This document shows positions 1-14,363 of a DNA stretch of 64,000 nt, piece after piece. Made by a program: the position numbers and the translations under genes. Numbering within the stretch: the first letter of the stretch is position 1; each line of letters starts with the position of its first letter. The stretch comes from Octopus vulgaris (Eukaryota): positions 35,464,001 through 35,528,000 of the forward strand of contig OX597834.1 of the NCBI GenBank assembly GCA_951406725.2. Direction: 5' to 3'. The notes beneath the pieces are model-generated. The model was not told where the DNA came from. It saw nothing but the letters and a program-made list of their open reading frames with translations, and did no database searches.

Positions 1-46
1 GATATTAATCAAATTAATATTCAATTTTTACCCTTATTATTTATAG

Positions 47-144
<98 letters not shown>

Positions 145-145
145 A

Positions 146-177
<32 letters not shown>

Positions 178-395
178 GTTAATCCAAACAAGGAAGCACA
201 AAAAGACACAACAATGCGAGGACGTGGAACAAATATAGTATTATTGGACGCTCAGGAAAGAAGGAGGGTTTAACGTTTCGAGCGGAGCTCTTCGTCGGAA
301 ACATAGGAGAAGGAAAGAGCCAGAGAAGGGAAGACAGAGGAACAAAAAAAATCGCCAACGGTACACACGAGGTCACATTTTGAAAGACCGGAAGG

Positions 396-466
<71 letters not shown>

Positions 467-559
467 ATGTGTGTGTGTATGTGTGTGTGTGTGTGTGTGT
501 ATATATGTTTTCCTGCATTTCATTCGTTCCGGGTGTGATTTGAAACTGCACCCGATTCC

Positions 560-1300
560 GCCAGCTCGTTGCCTTAATATGAATGCTATAATAGTGCTAT
601 ATCAGAACACTAGAGCTAATGTTCGATCCGCCGACGAAGACACCGACTGCTTCATACTACAGCCAGAGTGCTACAAGCTGATATCCTCGCACTGTACCTA
701 TTCTTCATATGCCTCGACCAGGGCCGAATTAAGACCCACAAAGGCCCTAAACACTTTCAAGATTTTGGTTCCCTCATATGTATGTAATTCAGTATACAAA
801 CAATAAGAGCCATAAAATAAATTTTGATTTTTTAAAATGAGAAAACACTAACAGTAAGATGGAAAGTAATCTTTATTTTTGTATACTTCCGCTTTTTTTT
901 ATATTTGCAAAGTTTTTTTTTTAATTGCAAAGTCTTTGATCACATCCTCGCTATAAACACTTTGAAATTATATTTCCGATCATATAAATCACTTGGAATA
1001 TCATTTTAGCAAGTTTAAACTGATTTCTTTTGTGCCGTAAACCATTTACTATTTCTGTGGTGCCCCCGCTTCCCGCGATGCCCTAAGCACATGCTTATTT
1101 CGCTTAATAGTTATTCCAGCCGTGGCCTCGACTATGTACTAAGGAGAGCACTGGATTCAAAAAGATCGCTTTGGTTTGACTCTTTCACAGAAAAGAAGTA
1201 TTCGATATCTTGCCAAGAACATTACAGATGCTGAATTTGCCGATGATCTGGTCACAATCAGTGATCAGATGAACAATGCTAATATCCTGCTTCTCTCTGG
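560..1300 (+). mobile_element. Degenerate LINE (RTE-like) reverse transcriptase remnant split by a hAT MITE
   Basis: NAIIVLYQNTRANVRSADEDTD and a frameshifted GVLQ.D.LA.YLF-like motif before 719; LDYVLRRAL...ITDAEFADDLVTISD (FADD catalytic motif) after 1124. Confidence 0.8.
719..1124. mobile_element. hAT-superfamily non-autonomous element
   Basis: Exact 8-bp TSD GCCTCGAC at 711-718 and 1125-1132; imperfect TIRs CAGGGCCGAAT / ATTCCAGCCGTG. Confidence 0.85.
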
Positions 1301-2096
1301 AGAATCTTGATTGAAAGCAAAGGGAAGCAGATTTCGAAAATGTTAATTTTTATTTTCCACTTGGCACTCCATCGTTATATATCTGAAACGATAAATGGAT
1401 GTTATAGATGAAGAATAGAGCTACAAAACCATAAAATATATTTTTCGTGTGTGTTGACTTCAGAAAATATTATTCACCTAACGTAACGCACTCTTCATAA
1501 GATCTATCTCTGTCTTTCTGCCTGTCTATCTAAAAGAACACTGGCAGAGTTTATCAAATCCGATAACTGAATGATTATATATATATATATAGTCTTTTCT
1601 ACTAAAGGCACAAGTTCTGAAATTTTGGGGTAGGGGAGTAGTTGATTATATCGACCCCAGTGCTCAACTGGTTCTTAATTTATCGACCCCAAAAGGATGA
1701 AATGCAAAATCTACCTCGGTATAATTTGAACTCAACGTGAAGACGGGCGAAATACCTATTTCTATTTCTTTACTACCCACAAGGGGCTACACACAGAGAG
1801 GACAAACAAGGACAGACAAACGGATTAAGCCGATTACATCGACCCCAGTGCGTAACTGGTACTTATTTAATCGACCCCGAAAGGATGAAAGGCAAAGTCG
1901 ACCTCGGCGGAATTTGAACTCAGAACGTAGCGGCAGACGAAATACCTGCCAGTTCGCTGCTTTGTGACTGTATAGTAATAATAATAAGTATGGAGACTTA
2001 TACATCATAAAATTCATTTTATAGTTATATACAACAGATAATATACTGTATATAACTATAAAATAAAATTTTTTGGTGTACAAGTCTCCATACTCC

Positions 2097-2152
<56 letters not shown>

Positions 2153-2907
2153 ATTAATATATACTCCAGGGGACCATTGCAGTCCGGCGTAGGACACAGA
2201 ATTACCCACCGGAAGAATTCACGACTAATTTTAGACACAGACATTGGATACTGACCGTTATGGTTAGCTGGCATCTGGAACCCATCTGAGAACTAACACG
2301 GCATCCGCCCGGATAATATATCCCTCCAAACTTACGTTACATTCGGATCATGGTGTTTAAAGTAGGGCCTGTCAATTAAATAAACACTAATCAGACATAC
2401 ATACACACAATTACACGGTGCTGAAGTTACATAACTATGGTTCCTATTTAGAGTTACTTCCACTGAGCCATAAAGATGTTTTAAGTTTGTTAGCGTAGAG
2501 TACAAACCCGACAATTGGTTACTTTATCGCACTAGTCATCTTATTCACTGTAATAAAAGAAGAAAAGATACTGGGGTAAACATGGACCCTTGAGTTAACA
2601 TGGGTGGGCTAATCTGGGCTAACGCGAGGAAATGTGTGGCTCACACGACCTAATATGCGATCAACAGCAGGTAGAAAGTTGTTAGTGTTACGTCACGTGA
2701 TTGTAATATGCTGCTGAACGGCATCAGGCGGTCGTTGACTCAAACCATATTTTATTTGATTCATATATATATACATAATTTACAAAATAAGGGCAAAAGA
2801 AAAATTCTAATGCCAAATATGCCGAAAGAAAGACAAAAATTGTCAAACAACCATTATAATTTATGCGTCTCGAAACAAACCGATAGAAATTTCTAAAAAA
2901 TTCGTTA

Positions 2908-2966
2908 TTACCGTATTGGTCCAATTTCGGGGTTAATTCATAGAATTTTCCCCTCTTCAGCGGTAA
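2908..2966 (-). ncRNA. Type I hammerhead ribozyme motif, canonical core
   Basis: Minus strand UUACCG-CUGAAGA-GGGG..CCCC-GAAA-UUGG-A-CCAA-UA|CGGUAA: 6-bp stem I, stem II, near-palindromic stem III, AUA site. Confidence 0.85.
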
Positions 2967-4144
2967 ATACTTGAGATATAAGTGAAATACTTACTCATAC
3001 CCACGGAAAAAGCAAGCGCCAAGTCCCTAGCAGACTTAAGTACCCCAAATATATCCAAAATAGAAAATCTTCGACACACCTCGAGACACGTGTGATTAGA
3101 ATATATATATACACACACACAGAGACACACAAAATATAGGGGTTTGATTCACAAATGATCTAAACGACTAGGTACGCTAGGTAAATGCTGTAACGGATTA
3201 CCAGGGCTCCAAGGTTATAGTCGAGACGGTAGTTAGGGAGCCATTGCAGATTTCCTATATAGCGGATATATATAATTGTTAAAGAGGACAGCAAACGTTT
3301 AAGGCAAGGCAAACATCTCCAGTCATGTACGTTATTATTATAGGATTTTTCCAATAATAATAGCGTATACGACTTGAGATGTTTGTCTTGCCTTAACGTT
3401 TGTTGTCCTCTTTAACCATTATATATACATTATTGTGTCTGCGGAGTTATTCTCTTTTAGTGCCTTATTATGTAACACACTCACCGGTTCGATTTCCACT
3501 CATTTACTTATTTATTTTTACCAAAATTTTCGTTGCGTCTTGCAAACTTTTCAGTGGTCGTTGATATATGTATATAACTTAGCGAAAAAGCATCGTACAT
3601 GTAGGGAAACAGCGAAAAAACATGGCTGCTTTTGCTGTTGTGGATCAGCACACTGAATCAGCCAATCTATGATCAGAGTGTTTCCATTCGTGGCCATCCA
3701 TAGATAACCTCTTTAAGGGCTTCTTAGAATACATTATTTTATATCCTATCTTATTCAAGACAGTGGGTGTGATTTGAGAAACATTTGTCTAACTTTTTCT
3801 AGCAGTTTGAGCGACCATGTAGAGGTTTCTTCGCGAGCTAGAAATAGTCTGGTTGTGAAGAAGGGGTATACAAGCACACCTTACTATATATATAGGAGTC
3901 TAAATACAGGGTATAGGAGCTGTATATACTTAGACAATGTGTGGATGAGTATATATAATTAGTCTGAGTGAAAACAATATATTCTCTATTTCTAGATATA
4001 GGATATAGAAACTGTATATACATGTGGATGTGTGTATATTATTCGTTCTGGTGCGAACATATGGTATAGAAAAGCACATTATTCTACATACCTAAAAGCA
4101 GGGTATAAAAGCAGTATATGTCTAGACTGTATAAAAAATGTACA

Positions 4145-4243
<99 letters not shown>

Positions 4244-4843
4244 ATGTGTGTGTGTGTGTGTCTTTGTGTCTGTGTTTGTCCCCCTACCATCGCTTGACAA
4301 CTGATGTTGGTGTGTTTATGTCCTCGAAACTTGTTTCAGCAAAAAAGACCGAAAGTATAAATACTAGGTTTACGAGGAATAGATCCTGGTGTCGATTCGT
4401 TCGACCGAAAGCGGTGCTCCAGTATGGCCGCAGTCAAACGGCCTAAAAGAATACCTAAATACAGGGTATAGAAACGGTATATACATAAATAGTGTGTGCT
4501 TGCGTATATATATATATATATATATATATATAGGCGCAATGACCCAGTTTGGAGCAGCGGACTCGCAGTCGTAGGATCACGGTTTCGATTCCCAGACCGG
4601 GCGCTGTGAATGTTTATTGAACAAAAACACCTTAATCTCCGGCAGGGGATGGTGGTGATCCCTGTGGTGATCTCTTTCACCACAAATTTCTCTCACTCTT
4701 TCTTCCTGTTTCTGTTGTACCTGTATTTCAAAAGGGCCCAGCCTTGTCACGCTCTGTCTCACGCTGAATCCCCCCCCCCACCGAGAACTACGTTAAGGGT
4801 ACACGTGTCTGTGGAGTGCTCAGCCACTTGCACGTTAATTTCA

Positions 4844-4885
<42 letters not shown>

Positions 4886-5103
4886 CACACAAACACACAC
4901 ACACACGCGCGCGCGCGCACACACACACACGCATACACACTTATTAAATGATAACAACTAGTATATAAACGTATATTACTCTACGTACATAGATAACGGG
5001 TGTAGAAGCTGTATATACATAGATGGAATGTGGATACGTGTATATAATTATTCCAGCTGTGAACAAGTGGCATACATATCTACCAAAATGTAGTGAGTAT
5101 ATA

Positions 5104-5221
<118 letters not shown>

Positions 5222-5619
5222 GACACAGGAGTGGCTGTGTGGTAAGTAGCTTGCTTACCAATCATATGATTCCGGGTTCAGTCCCACTGCGTGGCATCTT
5301 GGGCAAGTGTCTTCTGCTATAGCCCCGGGCCGACCAAAGCCTTGTGAGTGAATTTGGTAGACGGAAACTGAAAGAAGCCTGTCGTATATATATATATATG
5401 TATGTGTGTGTTTGTGTGCTTGTCCCCCTAGCATTGCTTGACAACCGATGCTGGTGTGTTTATATCCCCGTTACTTAGCGGTTCGGCAAGAGACCGATAG
5501 AATAAGTACTGGGCTTACAAAAGAATAAGTCCTTGGGTCGAGTTGCTCGATTAAAGGCGGTGCTCCAGCATGGCCGCAGTCAAATGACTGAAACAAGTAA
5601 AAGAGTAAAAGAGTAAAGA

Positions 5620-5620
<1 letters not shown>
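5222..5620 (+). mobile_element. tRNA/CORE-like SINE family B with internal (TA)n(TG)n tract
   Basis: Head GGAGTGGCTGTGTGGTAAG..CCGGGTTCAGTCCC, CTTGGGCAAGTG core, tail GGCGGTGCTCCAGCATGGCCGCAGTC..(GTAAAAGA)n. Other copies near 8825-9490, 9652-10050, 15470-16060, 19915-20260, 24970-25620, 39120-39345, 41890-42320(-), 49780-50090, 55305-55765(-), 60210-60555, 62905-63000. Confidence 0.85.
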
Positions 5621-5662
<42 letters not shown>

Positions 5663-5993
5663 TGTGTATGTGTATATATATAATATATATATGAGTGTGT
5701 GTATGTGTATATATATAATATATATATGAGTGTGTGTATGTATGCATACATATATACGTAGAAGTGTGTGCATAGAGAAGGTATCGTAAAGTACACATAC
5801 TAGTCTGTACCCAAACCGTACCCTTAAACAAACACCACCACCACCACCACCACCACCACCATCACCACCTTCACTACAACCACAACCGTAACCACCTCCA
5901 CCACCGTCCACCACCCGCCGATCGCTCTAAGGTTCCAGTCTGCGGTAAACTAACCCCAAACACGTGACTTTACCATTCTGCTTGCTGCCATGA

Positions 5994-6062
5994 CTACTGT
6001 AACAGTTTCCACTGCAAAGCCTCTCGATTCTTTCTCTGGTGTTCTTCATATTCGGCTTTGAA
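5994..6062 (-). CDS. Candidate terminal coding exon of an unidentified minus-strand gene
   Basis: Minus-strand acceptor tttttttgtcttgtattccttaaacgtcag, then FKAEYEEHQRKNREALQWKLLQ*. Unique sequence between trinucleotide tracts; no homolog recognised. Confidence 0.45.
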   Translation of the reverse strand, partial: FKAEYEEHQRKNREALQWKLLQ

Positions 6063-6142
6063 CTGACGTTTAAGGAATACAAGACAAAAAAAAAAGTGGT
6101 GGGGTGTGACTCCACCTCCACCACCACCACCAACAACAACAA

Positions 6143-6193
<51 letters not shown>

Positions 6194-6252
6194 CGTTATC
6201 ACCTTCACCAAACCGCCGTCGCCACCACCATCACACCGCCGCCACCACCACC

Positions 6253-6296
<44 letters not shown>

Positions 6297-7215
6297 CACC
6301 ACTATTATCACCTTCACCAAACCGCTGTCGCCACCACTTCCACCACCACCAGCACCACCACTACTACTACTACTACTACTGGAAACTTAGCTACCACTAC
6401 CACCCACACTGTCACAAATGGTACCACCACTACCAACCTCATCGCAACCACCACGGCAACAGGCTATCCGCCACTACAACAGTGGATACAAGCATCATCG
6501 CCGTAACCGCAACCACCACCGATACTAACATTGCCGCCACCACTGCAAACACAACCACCTCTACTACCGCCGCCACTGTTACCGTTACCGGTACCACTAA
6601 CATTACCGTGACCATCACCACTACTACTGGAGCTGTTACTAATGTCGCAGTTGTGATACTTTTACCGCAGCCATCACCACCACAAACACCACAACAAACA
6701 GCACCACCACCGCCAACAACAACAGCAACAACAACAACAACTACAACATCGCATCAGTGACCGGCACCATCAGCACCACCACCACCACCATCATAAACGT
6801 CACCCTTTCAACACGAACTTTATCACCACCACCACTACCACCACCACCACCACATCACCACCGCCGCCGCCACCACCACCAATTCCACCACCGCCACCGC
6901 AGTCATTTTTAGTGCCGCAGCTGCTGCCGCCGCCACACCCCTTATCATTGATAACGTCACCTTACTTCCCATCTTTTCATCCTTCCGTCTGTCTGTCTGT
7001 CTCTTCCTCACACACCATAAAGTCCTGTCAAGACACGCTACACACACGCACTCACACACACAAACATACACACACACACACACACATACACACACACAAA
7101 CACACAAACACACATACACGCATATACATACATATAAAAACCCCTACAAATCTTCCCTTCATATTTTCTGTCTTTTTCTCCTTCGCTCTTTCCTCTTTTC
7201 TCTCATTCCCGACAT

Positions 7216-7381
<166 letters not shown>

Positions 7382-7996
7382 GTGCATGTATGTATAGATG
7401 TGTGTATGTGTGTGTGTGTGTGTGTATATAAATATACAGTCGTATGCCTGTATGTCGACACATGCTTTGCAGCCTGTCTGTCTGTCCTCATGCACTCGGC
7501 GAAACATTCAAACCCACAAGAAAACATTTGAAACACCGGATTAACAAATATAAGGAGAAAACGAAGACATATTCTTCGCAGAGTAACAACAGCGAAAAGG
7601 ATAAGAAAAAAGGAATAAGCGACAGAAAAGACAAAACCAACAAGTTTTTAAAAAATAATAACAACAACGGAATTATTTTAATAATTATACACAGATAACA
7701 AAACAACAAAAGCGAAATATTTTTCCTTAATTTATTTGTAAGTTTATTGATACACACAAACACACACACACGTAATATATCTACATTTAATACATATTTT
7801 ACTTACACATCTAATATATATATTTATATATATCCCATCTAATACACACCTATATAACTGATGGCTATTCTCATCGGCAAGTGGTTAAACTCAGTCAGTA
7901 TCAAGTGGTTCATTATGGTAAGTTGGAACTATTTTATACAAATTTTTTCTCTATTTTCACTCGTATTTCTCTGGTATTATTTACAACTAGCGTTAA

Positions 7997-8760
7997 GGCT
8001 GCGAGCGTGCAGAATCGTTAGCACGCCGGGCGAAATGCTTTATGATATTTCGTCCGTCGTTACGTTCTAAGTTCAAATTCCGCCGAGGTCGACTTTGCCT
8101 TTCATCCTTTCGGGGTCGATTAAATAAGTACCAGTTACGCACTGGGGTCGATGTAATCGACTTAATCCGTTTGTCTGTCCTTGTTTGTCTCCTCTGTATT
8201 TAGCCCCTTGTGGGTAGTAAAGAAATAGGTATTTCGCCCGTCGCTACGTTCTGAGTTCAAATTCCGCCGAGGTCGACTTTGCCTTTCATCCTTTCGGGGT
8301 CGATAAATTAAGTACCAGTTACGCACTGGGGTCGATGTAATCGACTTAATACCTTTGTCTGTCCCCTCTATGTTTAGCCCCTTGTGGGTAATAAAGAAAT
8401 AGGTATTTCGCCCGTCGCTACGTTCTGAGTTCAAATTCCGCCGAGGTCGACTTTGCCTTTCATCCTTTCGGGGTCGATTAAATAAGTACCAGTTACGCAC
8501 TGGGGGTCGATATAATCGACTTAATCCGTTTGTCTGTGCTTGTTTGCCTTCTCTGTGTTTAGCCCCCTGTGGGTAGTAAAGAAATAGAAATAGGTATTTC
8601 GTCTGTCTTTACGTTCTGAGTTCAAATGCCGCAGGGGTCGACTTTGTCTTTCATCCTTTCGGGGTCGATAAATTAAGTACCAGTTGTGTACTGGGGTCGA
8701 TCTAATCGACTGGCCCCTTCCCTAAAAATTTCGGGCCTTGTGCCTAGAGTAGAAAAGAAT
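7997..8760 (+). mobile_element. tRNA-derived SINE family A, head-to-tail array of 4 units
   Basis: Repeats of GGTATTTCG..GAGTTCAAATTCC (B-box) GCCGAGGTCGACTTTGCCTTTCATCCTTTCGGGGTCGATAAA..AGTACCAG..AAAGAAATA. Other copies near 1600-1945(-), 28145-28325(-), 31535-31775(-), 32200-32415, 37237-37455(-), 42947-43170, 45221-45435, 49400-49750, 51610-51795(-). Confidence 0.88.
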
Positions 8761-8990
8761 AAAACAGTAAGAATTTGTCATGATTTTGGTAAAACAGTTG
8801 AGAATTTATGTTCTTTATAAAGGTAGACCTGGTTGTGTGGTTAACGAGCTCGTTTTGCAATCACTTGGTTGTGTGTTCAGTCCTACTGCGTGGCACCTTT
8901 GGCAAGTGTCTTCTACTATATCACCGGCTGCCCAATGCCTCTACGAGTGAATGGATTTGGTGGATGGAAAGTGTGTGGAATTTCGTCGTG

Positions 8991-9085
<95 letters not shown>

Positions 9086-10069
9086 CTATTTATCCATCTG
9101 TGTTTGTGTCTATATCTCTCTCTCTATTTATCTATCTGGCTGTTGTTCTTAAGTTTGGGTTGCAAGATTCTTGATGTAAACTTGTGTGCTGAAATGAAAC
9201 AGATTTTGTAGTATCTCGGAAGGGTCATAATGCCAACAAAAACACACGCACTGTTTCTGTTTTACTCCTTTTATTATACATCAGTTGGTTGTGTGTCATT
9301 GTGACTATGTTTGTCCTCCTCCCACTTCTTGACAGCCAGTGTTCGTATGTTTACGTCCCCGTAACTTAACAGTTCGGTATTCGAGACCGCTAGAAAAAGT
9401 TTTTAAAAAAAGCCAAAAGAAAAAAGCAACATAAATACTGACTCATTTAAAGTGGTGCTCTAGCATGGCCGCATTTTAATGACTGAAACAAGCAAAAAGA
9501 TAAAAAACAAGCAGCAAGAATTTACTATTTTTAAAGCAAAACATCAAGGCTTTGTAAGTCTTTTAATTCCTTTTAATTCTATGAATATAAACAATAAAAA
9601 AAAAATCTCATGTTAAAAAAATTCTAGTGTTCTTTGAGTAAAAATAAACAGACGCAGGCGTGGATGTGTGGTAAGTAGCTTGCTTCCCAGTCACATGATT
9701 CCGGGTTCAGTCCCACTTGGGCAAGTGTCTTCTCATATAGCCTAGGGCCGACCAAAGCCTTGTGAGAAAATTTGATAGACGCAAACTGAAAGAAATTCTT
9801 CACACACACACAAACACACACGTGTGTGTGTTTGTGCTTGTCCTCATTCCCACCTCTTGACAACCGGTGTTGGTGTGTTTACGTCCCTATAACTTAGAAG
9901 TTCGGCATAAGAACCCGACAGAACAAGTACTGGGCTTAAAAAATAAAACTAAGTACAGTAGTTGATTCATTCGACTAAGAATTCTTCAAGGGAGTGCCCC
10001 AGCATGGCCGCAGTCTAATTACTAAAAAAAAAACAAGCAAAAGATAAAAGAATTAATCATTGTTTTAAT

Positions 10070-10650
10070 AAAACTAGGAATTCTACCATTCTTGAAGTAA
10101 AGTAGTAGGAATTGGACCATTCTTTGAGTAAAACAGTAAATATTTTATCATTCTTATAAAATACTCTTGTAAAAACGAATAAGAATTTTTCCATTTTTTG
10201 AGTAAAACATTAAGAATTAATTTTTTTAAGTAAAGCACTAAAAAATTCCAATTCTTAATATAAAACACTCGAAATTCTACCATTCTTTGAGTGAAATTGT
10301 AAAGATCCCAGCTTTTTTTAAAAAAAGGAACTCTGGTAAAAGAACAAGAAATTTACCATTCTTTGAGTAAAACACTCAAGAATAGAAGTTGTCTTTGTGT
10401 TCAGTAAAGCGCTTAATTTATAATTTTATAAGTAAAAACAGTGGGAATTCTTTGAGTGGAACCGTAAAGATTTTAGCATTTTACACAAATACTCTTGTAA
10501 AAGAATAAGAAATTTACCATTCTTTGAGCATAACAGAAATAATTTGTTCTATCATTCCAATAAGAATTCTATCATTCTTGCAATTGAAACGCTAAAAATC
10601 TTGTCATTTCTTAAGGAACAAGAATCTTGTCATTCTTTAAGGGTTCTTTA
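10070..10650 (+). repeat. Degenerate AT-rich minisatellite (core ATTTACCATTCTTTGAGTAAAAC, ~30-bp period)
   Basis: The core recurs many times with divergence. Confidence 0.7.
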
Positions 10651-10799
10651 AGGGTTCTTCTTTCCGTTCTTCTCTTTCCCCTTTTGTTCTTTTTATTTTC
10701 GCATAGCTTCAGGCTTCCCCCCCCCCTTCTAGTTGTTGTTGTCGTTGTTGTGATGGTGGTGGTGGTGGTCGTTGTTGTTTTTGCTTTTGTCGTTGTTGT

Positions 10800-11230
10800 T
10801 GTTGTTCCTCTTCTTTTTCTCCTCCTCCTACTTTTGTTTCTCTCCCTCCTCCTCCCCTTCTTCTGTTTCTTTCCCTCCTCCTCTTCTTCTGTTTCTTTCC
10901 CTCCTCCTACTTTTGTTTCTCTCCCTCCTCCTCCTCTTCTTCTGTTTCTCTCCCTCCTCCTCTTCTTCTGTTTCTTTCCCTCCTCCTCCTTTTCTATTTT
11001 TCCCTTTTCTTCCTTTTCTTGTTTCTTTCCCCCTCCTCCTTTTCTTCTGTTTCTTTCCCCCTCCTCCCTTTCTATTTCTTTCCCTCTTCCTCCTTTTCTT
11101 CTGTTTCTTTTCCTCCTCCTTTTCTTCTCCTGTTTCTACTTTTGCTCTTCTCTCTTCTTTTCTTCTGTTTTTCTTCTTCTTCTTCTTCTTCTTCTTCTTC
11201 TTCTTCTTCTTCTTCTTCTTCTTCTTCCCC
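10800..11230 (+). repeat. Polypyrimidine repeat (TTCTGTTTCTTTCCCTCCTCCT-like units) ending in (CTT)n
   Basis: Direct reading. Confidence 0.85.
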
Positions 11231-11370
11231 TCCACCTCTTCTTACGCCGTCGCCCCCTTATTTCCTCTACCCCGTTATTTCCTCTCTCTTACTTGCCTTA
11301 CTTAATTCTATGTCACTTAAAATATTCCTAAACATTTTTTTTTTACTAAATATCAACTGCAATTTTTATT

Positions 11371-11462
<92 letters not shown>

Positions 11463-11570
11463 GCACACATACACAGGAACACTTGTACACATGCAGAAGC
11501 AGGCACAAGCACGCACACGTACGTACAGAGAAGGAGCGAAATCATTTGCATATTTCTGCATAAAGTCACG

Positions 11571-11625
<55 letters not shown>

Positions 11626-11902
11626 GACACGGTACAAGGGAGCTCGAAACTATGAGAAACGGATACATATCGTAATACACACGCCTGCGCACGCACACAT
11701 ACACACACACACACACACACACATGGATGAGTATGTGTACATATAGGTCTCTCCCTCTCCCCCTCTCTCTCTCTCTCCCTAAATACATATATTTGTATGT
11801 ATGTGTGTGCGTGTGTAAATATAAGTATGTACGTATACACACATATACATACACATACATATATGTAGGCGTGTGTATCTATATATATATATATGTATAC
11901 GC

Positions 11903-11939
<37 letters not shown>

Positions 11940-12201
11940 TACATGTATGTATATATATCTTTATATATGTGTACATATATCACTATATATGTACGTATAT
12001 ATATATAATCCTTCATACGTATGTAGGTGTATGTATATATCCATATACATACATCCATATATATATATATATATATATACATATATAACTACATATAGGT
12101 ATGTATACACACGCACACACATATATACGCACATATAAATATATATATATATATATAAACCTTCATACGTATGTAGGTGTGTATATGTATATACATATAC
12201 A

Positions 12202-12239
<38 letters not shown>

Positions 12240-12260
12240 ACTACATGTAGGTATGTATAC

Positions 12261-12313
<53 letters not shown>

Positions 12314-12771
12314 AGCACATAGTATTATGACTAAATGCATAATTAGTCTCATGTAACAAGCATTCGCGTCTTACTCATCATACACCACACACACATATCA
12401 ACACTACACTACACCTCCTGATAAACACACACACATATACATATATGTTTATGTGCATGGAAACGTAAGCATGTTTAGCATACGTAAGTTTGTGTGTGTG
12501 TGTATGTGTATGCGTGTGTGTGTGCTTACGTGAAGGGAAACGTAATAATTTAAGAAACTTTAATGCACCACACTCACCATTTAGACCCCCACCTCATTCC
12601 GTGTAATTCGTTGTCCAAATTTATGCGAATGACTCATTAGAATTATGCTTCTCTTAGCTCATTAAAGTTTTAATTAATGTAAATGACTGTTGCACATGGC
12701 TGTTCTAAACTCTTTCCGCTTTGTATTTGTTAAATTGTCAATATCTTTTCGGAGGCGATTAGGACAGATGT

Positions 12772-12815
12772 TATCCTGATGAGGCAAAATCTAGACCGAA
12801 ACATTTGTCCATAGC
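12772..12815 (+). ncRNA. Degenerate hammerhead motif
   Basis: UAUC-CUGAUGA-GG..CC-GAAAC-AUUU-GUC|CAUA; canonical core, weak stem II, first stem I pair mismatched. Confidence 0.5.
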
Positions 12816-13167
12816 TGTCGCTCGCCTCTAAATCAAGAGATCAGATTGTCCTTGGTCTTTTGTTTTTTGTCAGCTTTATTGTTAGTCACAATTGTGTCAA
12901 TATTAAATACTTGAAAGTATCCTCTCTTCTTAATCTGAAAACTGCTAAAAAATACGGCTAGGTTTTCGCTTTCTCTTCTCTTTCCGTATGGCATTTAATA
13001 CACGCTTTCGTCTACAATGTTACACACACACACATGTGTGCCCGCGTACATAAATATGCCTACAAGCCTACATACATACATACATACATACATACATTAG
13101 ACCGCGTGTGTATTGTTGACGATTTTTTTCCTCCGTCTTCCCTTCCTTGGATCTTTCCTTTTCCTAT

Positions 13168-13203
13168 GTTTCTGACGAAGAGCTCCGCTCGAAACGTTAA
13201 ATC
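13168..13203 (+). ncRNA. Minimal hammerhead motif, family 1 (in ~200-bp element 13100-13306)
   Basis: GUUU-CUGACGA-A-GAGC-UCC-GCUC-GAAAC-GUU|AAAU. Copies at 37070-37104(+), 268-302(-) and 15061-15095(-); the last two read CCGACGA. Confidence 0.75.
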
Positions 13204-13302
13204 CTCAATTTCTTTCTGTCCTTTCCTGAGCGTCCAATAACACTATACTTGTTCAACGTCCTTGCGTTGTTGTGTTTTCTCTTTGTGTTTTCATGTTTGG
13301 AT

Positions 13303-13350
<48 letters not shown>

Positions 13351-13740
13351 CATACATATCAACAAATGTATAGACATAGCTGCATATATACAAACATAGA
13401 AACGTATATACATAGTTGCATACATACACACATACATGCGTACAAATATACATGCGTATATGCATACAAACACATATGCACGTATATGTATACTCGTATG
13501 CCAACAAATTTGCATTCTTATGACATAACTGTGTTCTTTCGACGTTCGCTTCGCAACAATCCGCTTTTCGGTTCAATCGCAACCGCACAGTTATTTTGAA
13601 AAAAATGAATTTAGTAAAATGACTTCGGAGCGACCAATACCCGATGAGTGAATCTGATTGATAGAAATTGCACGAAGCTCATCTTGTATACACGTCGTAG
13701 CCGTACACACCCGCTCACCTAGCGGCCCAACCCCACACGA

Positions 13741-13823
<83 letters not shown>

Positions 13824-14050
13824 CATACATACATATATTCTATCGGAACCGTTTGTCGAACTGCTAGGTTATGGGACCCTAAAGAAACCAACTTCCACAT
13901 ACACACCCGTACTCATATGTATATAAGTTATATACACCATATTATAATGGCCTACACGCGTTTCCGCCAAATTGGAAACACGTGTAGGTCATAATATACT
14001 GGATATAATTATAAAATAAAATTTATTGATGTACAAGCCTCCATACTCTT

Positions 14051-14363
<313 letters not shown>

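Noticed and set aside
2336-2368. Possible 33-bp minus-strand micro-exon (PYFKHHDPNV) with a gtaagt donor
   Set aside because: Weak polypyrimidine tract, no partner exons and no recognisable homology.
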